A stretch of DNA of 14,023 nt from a virus. Lineage: Duplodnaviria; Heunggongvirae; Uroviricota; Caudoviricetes. The DNA lies in the IMG/VR virus record IMGVR_UViG_3300042868_008486, positions 172,810 through 186,832 of that record; one strand, 5' to 3'. Below the pieces are notes generated by a model. It was given only the letters and a program-made list of their open reading frames with translations. It was not told where the DNA came from and made no database searches. Within the stretch, counting starts at the first letter, position 1, and every line of letters begins with the position of its first letter. A program made the position numbers and the translations under genes. Below, one piece after another: positions 1 through 6,580 of the stretch.

Positions 1-1765
1 GGTAAACGTTACCATCAATCTTTCGATTTGTACCATTCTTTTCAGTTTCCAATTCAGTAATTCGTTGACCTGCCTTCAATAATTGGTTCTCGATTTTATC
101 GTTCGCCAAAATTTTGTCTTGTAACTCATTATACTTTTGTAACTTGTCATTCAATCCTTTGATTTTTAAATCATAAGACTCAATCGTTAGTTCGTATTTT
201 TCCTTGATTAACTTATTTTTCTCATACTCATCAAACTCTTTTTTAAGAGCAACAAAACCTTTCTCTTTGCCTGATAAAACCGTCATTAACCCCTCAATTT
301 GGTCTTTATGCGTGATAAAACCTGCAAGTTCATTGATTTTTGCTTGAGTAATTGAAGCGTTCATTAAATCAATACCACAGTGTTCACAAATGATACCCCC
401 ACTTACCGATGACTGTAATTTTTCGATAGATGTAATTTCACTTTGAACCCTAACAGACTCTTTGTATTGAATGTTGTACTCATTCTTAACCTCATCGTGT
501 TTATCTTCGTGATAAAACTCACTTGGTTCAACAACCCTTAATTCCAACAACTGTTTTTCAACCCCACCTTTCTGACTAGTTAATAGTAGTATTTCACCAT
601 TAACTTTCTCAGGTGATAATTGACTAATTTCTCGGTCAATATCAGTGTGTTTACTCTGCATCAAACTATCACGATATTCTTGACCTTTAATGATTCGGTC
701 TTGTATATCAATCAAAGTTTTTTGTAACTCAACATTTTCATCAGTCATTGTCTGAATATTTGTTTTGTAAGTCTCAATATCAGTTTTTAATGATTCCGAA
801 TTATACACATTCGATATCATTGATTTTGAGAACTCACTATACAATTCTTTCCCTGTGTCTTCTTTTCTTTTAAGGAAATCAAGACCCATAAATCGAGACA
901 AGACCTGACCACGAGCAGTTGGTTTAGAATCAATTAACTCTTCAAGGTTTGTTGCGGTAGTTAAGATTGTCATCAAAAAATCTTCTTTTGTACCGATGGA
1001 AGTTTTAATAAACGCTTCAGTTTCACGTCTCTGTTCACCTGTAAAGTTTTGTAAACTCCCATCAGCCAATTTTTTGAAGAAATCTAATTCTGTCTTAACT
1101 GTCCAATCACCACTTTTTGATAATTTACGAGTAATGTTTCTCTCAATGATATAATCATCCCCATCAATAACAATCTCACCTTTAACTGATACCTTATTCT
1201 TATCTGTAAATCTATTAAAGATTTCTTCTGCCTTAGTAGTTTTAGTCGTTTCGTTAAAGAATAGAAAGAATAGTAAATCGACACTAAGTACCGTTTTACC
1301 ACCAAAGTTAGGTGGGTTTGATTCCACTACTGAAATACCATCACACTTATCAAAATCTAATCGTTGGTTCTCACCATAAGATAAGAAGTTGGAGAACTCA
1401 ATGTTTTTAATAAACCATTTTTTAAAGGGGGTTACCTCAGATTGGTTCATTATCATTTTATTATCCACTTGATTATCTAACTCATAGATTTTATCGTAGT
1501 AACCCTCGTTAGACTTAGATTTTAAGAATGACTCAACTAAAGTTAACTGATAATTTTTATCCAAGATATTAAAAGAAATGTCAACATTATGTGTTGTTTC
1601 CTTACTAACTTTAGTTTTGGTAATTACATTGATATTCGTTGTCGAATACTTTTGTTGGAAATAATGTTTAACACTCTTAATTTTCTCTTGTGTAAAGTTC
1701 TCAGCATAATCCTCCCAAACTACTTGTACGTAAGGATTATCGAACTTAGTTAAATCAACACTCAT
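1..1765 (-). CDS. sbcC: SbcC/Rad50/T4 gp46-like recombination ATPase with a ~113-aa N-terminal extension; partial, runs off the left edge (588 codons in window)
   Basis: Hand-translated open frame from ATG at 1765 (MSVDLTKFDNPYVQVVWED...) to the window edge with no stop. It shows the SMC/Rad50 N-terminal strand motif WFIKNIEFSNFLSYGENQRLDF (from residue 117), a P-loop ESNPPNFGGKT (1292-1324), a long coiled coil, and a Zn-hook-like CEHC at residues 460-463 (377-388). Absent from the ORF track because it has no stop in the window. The symbol is a family label. Confidence 0.93.
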   Translation of the reverse strand, partial: MSVDLTKFDNPYVQVVWEDYAENFTQEKIKSVKHYFQQKYSTTNINVITKTKVSKETTHNVDISFNILDKNYQLTLVESFLKSKSNEGYYDKIYELDNQVDNKMIMNQSEVTPFKKWFIKNIEFSNFLSYGENQRLDFDKCDGISVVESNPPNFGGKTVLSVDLLFFLFFNETTKTTKAEEIFNRFTDKNKVSVKGEIVIDGDDYIIERNITRKLSKSGDWTVKTELDFFKKLADGSLQNFTGEQRRETEAFIKTSIGTKEDFLMTILTTATNLEELIDSKPTARGQVLSRFMGLDFLKRKEDTGKELYSEFSKSMISNVYNSESLKTDIETYKTNIQTMTDENVELQKTLIDIQDRIIKGQEYRDSLMQSKHTDIDREISQLSPEKVNGEILLLTSQKGGVEKQLLELRVVEPSEFYHEDKHDEVKNEYNIQYKESVRVQSEITSIEKLQSSVSGGIICEHCGIDLMNASITQAKINELAGFITHKDQIEGLMTVLSGKEKGFVALKKEFDEYEKNKLIKEKYELTIESYDLKIKGLNDKLQKYNELQDKILANDKIENQLLKAGQRITELETEKNGTNRKIDGNVY

Positions 1766-1766
1766 A

Positions 1767-2006
1767 TTAGTTTGCAGTTTCAGTTTCTGTTTCAGTAGTT
1801 GGTTCAAAGTCAGTTACTTCAACAATTTCGTTATTTAACGCGATATTAACTTCTTCATCAGATAAGTTAGCGAATTTATCTTTTAATTCAGCCATTTTAG
1901 CTTCCATAGCAGATTTATACGCTTTATCAAAGATGTTTTTTTCTTGTTTTAAACGAGCGTTACGTTTCTCAACTTTTTTTCTGTGTTCTTTTGCTTTTTT
2001 ACCCAT
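1767..2006 (-). CDS. Hypothetical protein, 79 aa, basic N-terminus (MGKKAKEHRKKVEKRNARLK) and acidic C-terminus
   Basis: Track ORF 1767..2054. I prefer the ATG at 2006 because the longer start overlaps a sigma70-like promoter and 2006 has an A/T-rich leader. Its stop is joined to the SbcC start by TAA-T-ATG. Confidence 0.7.
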   Translation of the reverse strand: MGKKAKEHRKKVEKRNARLKQEKNIFDKAYKSAMEAKMAELKDKFANLSDEEVNIALNNEIVEVTDFEPTTETETETAN

Positions 2007-2032
2007 TATTCTAAATTTAAATTGTTTTAATA

Positions 2033-2061
2033 ATATTAGAGAATTTAATCTCAATAGTCAA
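2033..2061 (-). promoter_or_regulatory. Putative sigma70-type promoter TTGACT-N17-TAATAT
   Basis: Minus strand reads ttgact attgagattaaattctc taatat, in the only sizeable gap in this part of the operon, upstream of the 79-aa gene and sbcC. Confidence 0.5.
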
Positions 2062-2062
2062 A

Positions 2063-2407
2063 TTATTTTGAAGGTCTATTTTCCTCAAACCATTCAACAA
2101 TAGAATTAATCGCCCATACACATCCTGACGCAAATAACCCATCAAAGAACCAAGATACGTGGTTATTACATCCTAAGTGTAAGTTAGTTGGTGAATACAC
2201 CGCCAACCCAATAAAGAAACCAACCCAAGTACTTGTACACATCATACAAGACAATAAATCGGCAAAAAAACCACCAATACCCTGAAATGGCATAAAAGGA
2301 TTATCACCCCAACTTTTAAGACCATTTCTTAACCAATTAAATATTGACCCATAAACTAGTATGTTACTCATACCATAAGCCATTAATACCCAAATAAAAA
2401 TTTCCAT
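2063..2407 (-). CDS. DUF1360-like small membrane protein with CxxC motif
   Basis: 114 aa with several hydrophobic segments and the motif LLSCMMCTSTWVG, which resembles the CxxC-x3-W signature I associate with DUF1360. Confidence 0.6.
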   Translation of the reverse strand: MEIFIWVLMAYGMSNILVYGSIFNWLRNGLKSWGDNPFMPFQGIGGFFADLLSCMMCTSTWVGFFIGLAVYSPTNLHLGCNNHVSWFFDGLFASGCVWAINSIVEWFEENRPSK

Positions 2408-2409
2408 AA

Positions 2410-3156
2410 TTACATTTTTTCTGATATATTGGAACCTTTTAAATAAACCGCAGGTTGCTGAATATTAGATTCCAATTGTTTATTTTTTAAAATTAACTCA
2501 TCAATTAATGAGTTTTTCAACGATAATTCTTTTCTTAAATTCAATATCGTCGATTCTAACATTTTTTGTTTTGAATTGTCAACAGTAACCTCTTTGATAA
2601 CTTCAACATTTTCGTTTTTATTACTTAGTTCGTCTAAATCACGTCTAAGTTCGTCTAATATTTTATCCTTGTTAGACATTTCATCTTGGAAAATATTTCC
2701 CATTTCTTTAGTTTTAATGGAAAATTCTTGCCTTTCAGACTCCAAATCTTCATTTAAGTGGAAAATGGTTTCATCCAACTGTTGTATTTTTAACAACAGT
2801 TCATTCTCAGATGTTTTGTCACTAATATATTCTATTTTTGTGACGATTTTTTCGATAGGAACTTCCTTAATAACTTCTCTATCCACATATTCAATAACTT
2901 TTACTTCAATAGGAACTTCAATTATTTTCTCAACTTCCTTTATTACTTCAACAGGGATTTCTACACGTTTTTCAACAATTACCTCAGTTTTTAAGTGTTT
3001 TTCACCTTCATTAAGTGAATTTCCCAAAAATCCGTATTTCTTTATATCAAAACCTTGTTTGAAACATTGTGTTACAAATAAATTAACATCCTCAATATTG
3101 TTTATTTTACAATACTGTAGGATGTCATTTTCATATTTCGAATTTATGTTAAGCAT
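2410..3156 (-). CDS. Hypothetical coiled-coil protein with V/I/E/K/P-rich (VPV-like) repeats
   Basis: 248 aa. Residues ~58-111 are VEKRVEIPVEVIKEVEKIIEVPIEVKVIEYVDREVIKEVPIEKIVTKIEY, followed by heptad-like L/E/K-rich helices. Overlaps the sbcD stop by 8 nt. Confidence 0.8.
   Translation of the reverse strand: MLNINSKYENDILQYCKINNIEDVNLFVTQCFKQGFDIKKYGFLGNSLNEGEKHLKTEVIVEKRVEIPVEVIKEVEKIIEVPIEVKVIEYVDREVIKEVPIEKIVTKIEYISDKTSENELLLKIQQLDETIFHLNEDLESERQEFSIKTKEMGNIFQDEMSNKDKILDELRRDLDELSNKNENVEVIKEVTVDNSKQKMLESTILNLRKELSLKNSLIDELILKNKQLESNIQQPAVYLKGSNISEKM
2824..2985 (-). repeat. Degenerate EVIKEV/EKIIEVP peptide repeats within the 248-aa CDS
   Basis: Repeated EVIKEV, EVPIE and EKIV-type units in the translation; one more VEVIKEV copy at residues 184-190. 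Confidence 0.7.
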
Positions 3157-3928
3157 TCGCTAGTTTTTCACTACCACTTTCAATGTCATCATAAGAACTC
3201 AACTTAAATGATAAGAATGGTCTTGGGTTATCTAAATCAACAAAACTGTAATCATCTTTCTCAACGTCATAAATTCCGAATCCGTGTTTAGTAATTGTCT
3301 CACCATAATTTTGTTGGATAGTAGAACCAACCATATAAGCTTTCTTACCACCAGGTATGTTGAATACTTGTCGTTTGTGGATATCACCACATAACACTAA
3401 ATCACAACCCCCAAACTTATCAGATTCAAAACCACTATCGAATTTATATCCGATGTCGGTTGTTAATCCCTGAACAGGTCCGTGGAATAAACCAATCTTA
3501 GTTCTACCCGTCTTTTCAATATCAGGGGGGATGTTATGGTCCATTAATGAGAATACAACCCAATCAACATTTTCATCTTCGTATTCTCCACGATTTTTTA
3601 AATAAACAATGTTTTCATTTTTCAATGAATCTATGATAGGTGTTAACGCATCCAATCTTGACATATTATTCTCAAGGAAATCGTGGTTACCAATAATCAA
3701 AATTGTTTTTGCAATCTTAGAACATTCGGTTAATGTCTCAGCAACAAACTCAATTAACTCAGGTGTCATTTGGTTTTTAGAATGTACCAAATCACCTGTA
3801 AATACGATTCTATCAGGTTTGATTTCTCTGAATCGGTCAAACATATCGTTCAATATTGAACGGTATAAATCGTGGTCTTTAAATAACCTAATGTGTAGGT
3901 CTGAAAAATGTACTAACTTTTTAATCAT
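3149..3928 (-). CDS. sbcD: SbcD/Mre11/T4 gp47-like metallophosphoesterase nuclease, catalytic domain only (259 aa)
   Basis: All five calcineurin-like phosphoesterase motifs are present: HFSDLH, FTGDLVH, IGNHD, LFHG and CGDIHKRQ. They are followed by YMVGSTIQQNYGE and HGFGIYD, typical of the SbcD/gp47 branch. A Rad50-like gene lies in the same operon. The symbol is a family label. Confidence 0.92.
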   Translation of the reverse strand: MIKKLVHFSDLHIRLFKDHDLYRSILNDMFDRFREIKPDRIVFTGDLVHSKNQMTPELIEFVAETLTECSKIAKTILIIGNHDFLENNMSRLDALTPIIDSLKNENIVYLKNRGEYEDENVDWVVFSLMDHNIPPDIEKTGRTKIGLFHGPVQGLTTDIGYKFDSGFESDKFGGCDLVLCGDIHKRQVFNIPGGKKAYMVGSTIQQNYGETITKHGFGIYDVEKDDYSFVDLDNPRPFLSFKLSSYDDIESGSEKLANA

Positions 3929-4878
3929 AAGTTTCTATTCATTTGGGTTTTACGAATCATATTCTTTATCTTTTTATCATTTTTTTCAAAGTCGCTCATT
4001 CTATCCTCAACTTCTTTATTTTTTTTCAAAAAATCCTTTAACCTAGTATTATCAAATGGTCTTGGTACGTTATTAATATCTAAAAACTTGTTAATCAATT
4101 CCTCAGTGATTGTCTTAGGGTCAGTCCCAATCTCATCAATAAATTTATCTTTTAAATGTGGTGGTATAATTTTATTATTTAACCTCAACTCAATTTCACC
4201 AGGTTTAACAACATTTTGTTCGAAATAGTAAACCGCATAACCAACATCTTCAGGTTTATTAGCGGTTAAATCAACATCATAATGGTTTATAATAGATTCA
4301 GACCCATCATAATTATCAACCACCTCAAATAATCCCCTAATCAAAACACCTCGAAATCCTTTAGTTTTGTATTCGTCAGGGTTATTCAAAACATCATCCA
4401 ATAACTTATGAATATCATTTCTTAATGTTGAGTCATAATTAGCTCCTGACACATCTTGAGCCATTTCAGGTGACCAAGTTAATAAAATATGTTTTCTTGG
4501 TTCAAATGTTGATGGGTCATAAATTGTCGGTCCCATCGCGGCACCATTCTTAACAGGTCTAAGTAGTTGATTTGGGTCATACATTTCAGGTGTTAACGCC
4601 AAGGATAATAAATAACATTTACCTTTAAATTCCGTTAAATCTGATATTTTAATAGTTTGAGTTGTGTAAACTTTATCATTTTTACCTTTAACTAACGGCA
4701 TTGTTAAAATATCTAATGAATCACATTTTGCAAATTCATCACATTCTTTAATGATGTTTTTATATTTATCCAATTCATTACCATAAAGACTAGTTTCATC
4801 AACAAAAGTTTCATTAATTAAACTTGGGTTATTCTTTTTACTTAATAAAGCAACTTCTAAAAATTCTTTTAATTTCAT
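3925..4878 (-). CDS. Hypothetical protein, 317 aa
   Basis: Long open frame coupled to neighbours by an ATGA overlap (3925-3928) and TAA-T-ATG (4878-4882). No confident family assignment. Confidence 0.8.
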   Translation of the reverse strand: MKLKEFLEVALLSKKNNPSLINETFVDETSLYGNELDKYKNIIKECDEFAKCDSLDILTMPLVKGKNDKVYTTQTIKISDLTEFKGKCYLLSLALTPEMYDPNQLLRPVKNGAAMGPTIYDPSTFEPRKHILLTWSPEMAQDVSGANYDSTLRNDIHKLLDDVLNNPDEYKTKGFRGVLIRGLFEVVDNYDGSESIINHYDVDLTANKPEDVGYAVYYFEQNVVKPGEIELRLNNKIIPPHLKDKFIDEIGTDPKTITEELINKFLDINNVPRPFDNTRLKDFLKKNKEVEDRMSDFEKNDKKIKNMIRKTQMNRNL

Positions 4879-4879
4879 A

Positions 4880-5110
4880 TTACATTACTATTTTTGGTGG
4901 ATGACCTAAATCATCCTTATCCCCAAGTGGAATAGTTACCGGATTAAATGGGGATGTCTGTTTATTAGTTCTAAGTGAATTTAAATCAAATTCACCTGTA
5001 ACCTCTTTCATTTTATCTTTAATTGCCTCAACGTCCGTCTGTTGGATTACCTCCCAACTTCTATTAGTTAGAAACCCATCCAACCAAATAAAAAATTCTT
5101 TATGGTTCAT
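4880..5110 (-). CDS. Hypothetical phage protein, 76 aa
   Basis: Starts MNHKEFFIWLDGFL, similar to an F-x-x-W-L-x-G-F N-terminal pattern I recall from small phage proteins. Coupled upstream by a TAATG overlap. Confidence 0.7.
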   Translation of the reverse strand: MNHKEFFIWLDGFLTNRSWEVIQQTDVEAIKDKMKEVTGEFDLNSLRTNKQTSPFNPVTIPLGDKDDLGHPPKIVM

Positions 5111-5346
5111 TATTGAATGAGATTGGTTTTATTTTCTTCGTCAAACAACGCGAATTCCGAATTAACGTGACCACAATCATCACATTTATAAGTTGGGAAT
5201 GGCACTAACGTATCTTCCTTACTTCCCGTCATTAATGCAGGGACTTTTTTAATTAATACAACTTCCTTGAAGTACATACTATTACACTTTTCACAAACAA
5301 TTGTTGGTTGTTTTTTCAAGTCAATTCTTGGTTGATTTAATTCCAT
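5110..5346 (-). CDS. Small C4 zinc-ribbon protein, 78 aa
   Basis: Two CxxC pairs (CEKC and CDDCGH) about 35 residues apart; tight coupling on both sides. Confidence 0.8.
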   Translation of the reverse strand: MELNQPRIDLKKQPTIVCEKCNSMYFKEVVLIKKVPALMTGSKEDTLVPFPTYKCDDCGHVNSEFALFDEENKTNLIQ

Positions 5347-5347
5347 A

Positions 5348-5605
5348 TTATTCTTCTTTTAATAAATGTAATGTATATTCCTCTTGTGTGAATTTATCCT
5401 TTATAATATCCCTATTAAACTCAAACTCACCACCTAAACTTTCTTCATCAGCATTATTCAATTGGAAATCCCATTTATTTTCATCCAAATATTGTAAAGC
5501 TTCCTCATCAGTTAAACCTTCCAACTCAGGATAATCTTCTTTGTTAATTTCAATCGTGTCATACAATTCGTAAACCATATAACTTTTACTCATTCTAATC
5601 TTCAT
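5348..5605 (-). CDS. Small acidic hypothetical protein, 85 aa
   Basis: Track ORF 5348..5671. The start is moved to the ATG at 5605 (MKIRMSKSY), which overlaps the stop of the upstream 31-aa ORF as ATGA. By hand count, 24 D/E versus 9 K/R. Confidence 0.7.
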   Translation of the reverse strand: MKIRMSKSYMVYELYDTIEINKEDYPELEGLTDEEALQYLDENKWDFQLNNADEESLGGEFEFNRDIIKDKFTQEEYTLHLLKEE

Positions 5606-5697
5606 TTTATTATGTATTTTATGTTTATTTTTCCAAATACCAAATTGTCCCAAGTTGTGGAATAACACCATATGGGCTCCATTATCATTTCATTCAT
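5602..5697 (-). CDS. Putative 31-aa small protein MNEMIMEPIWCYSTTWDNLVFGKINIKYIIK
   Basis: Fills the gap between the nuclease stop (5711) and the acidic-protein gene. It has an A/T-rich leader, and its TGA overlaps the next ATG (ATGA at 5602-5605). Below the track length cut-off. Confidence 0.55.
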   Translation of the reverse strand: MNEMIMEPIWCYSTTWDNLVFGKINIKYIIK

Positions 5698-5710
5698 AAT
5701 TAATAATAAT

Positions 5711-6580
5711 TTATCTAAGTTTATTAGTCAAATATTTTGACATATCCATATTAAAGATTGTCGTCTGAACTTCTTTAGGTACTCGAAATTCCTCATACTC
5801 CCCCGTTTCTTTAATTAGAACTATAATACAACCATACAATTTAATATTTTCAAATTTAGAACCCTGTAACATTTTCAATAATAATTTACCATAAAATGGT
5901 AATTGTGTGAAGTAGTGTCCTAACGCATTATTCGGGTGTTGTTGGAATGGAAACTTCATTGGTTTAGTAAAATAATTACTTTCAAAGTTTTTTGGTTTGT
6001 TCGTTTTCCAATCGGTAATTATAATTCCGAACTCAGTACCTTCCTTATTCATAATCAACCATACTTTATCGGGTTGTCCTGTGTACCCCAATTCAGGGTC
6101 ACCAAGAACAATCTCAGTATCTAATAACACCGCACCCCTATCAATCATCAATTGTAAGAAATCTTTACCGGCAGTAATCATACTATCACTCGTTAGTATT
6201 TGTTGAAAATCACACTCAAAGATTGGTTCCCTAACATCCTTGTAGTTACCAAATAACTTGATAGTTTCTTTCTCCAACAAGAAGTGAGCTCGTGACCCCA
6301 TATTTGTTGAGTAATCACCAGCAGCCTTCCATTCCGCCAACAAACGTTCTTTTTCTTCAGGGTCACCTTTTGATTTTTTCTCAGCAATTTCATCAGCGGG
6401 AAACTCATCATAAAAATATTTCATTACTTTTGACACAGATGGGTAATCACTTCTTATTTCCCCATTTAAATCCCTCATATAATAAGTGTGTGTGTCTTCG
6501 ACGAACGTTAAGTCTAACAACCTACGTCTCTTATCTAAAACTTCCCTAATCTCAAGCGCAACCTCATTTAAATCTATCAT
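5711..6580 (-). CDS. PD-(D/E)XK superfamily (RecB/Cas4-like) exonuclease
   Basis: 289 aa with LTFVEDTHTYY, PSVSKV, GSRAHFLLE, the catalytic motifs E...GYTGQPD and ITDWKT, and Y-x-x-QL-x-x-Y (YFTQLPFY). No Cas4 Fe-S cysteine set is evident. Confidence 0.88.
   Translation of the reverse strand: MIDLNEVALEIREVLDKRRRLLDLTFVEDTHTYYMRDLNGEIRSDYPSVSKVMKYFYDEFPADEIAEKKSKGDPEEKERLLAEWKAAGDYSTNMGSRAHFLLEKETIKLFGNYKDVREPIFECDFQQILTSDSMITAGKDFLQLMIDRGAVLLDTEIVLGDPELGYTGQPDKVWLIMNKEGTEFGIIITDWKTNKPKNFESNYFTKPMKFPFQQHPNNALGHYFTQLPFYGKLLLKMLQGSKFENIKLYGCIIVLIKETGEYEEFRVPKEVQTTIFNMDMSKYLTNKLR

Noticed and set aside
1084-1305. 73-aa minus-strand ORF in the track
   Set aside because: It is an out-of-frame ORF nested in the SbcC gene, whose frame is open from 1765 to the window edge.
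2576-4046. Plus-strand ORFs 2576..3163 and 3609..4046
   Set aside because: They lie antisense to well-supported genes, and their Ser/Phe/Ile-rich translations are what the reverse complement of Glu/Lys-rich coding sequence produces.
5711-6580. Calling the nuclease Cas4
   Set aside because: It has the PD-(D/E)XK core but lacks the four-Cys Fe-S cluster pattern, and it sits in a primase/recombination operon.
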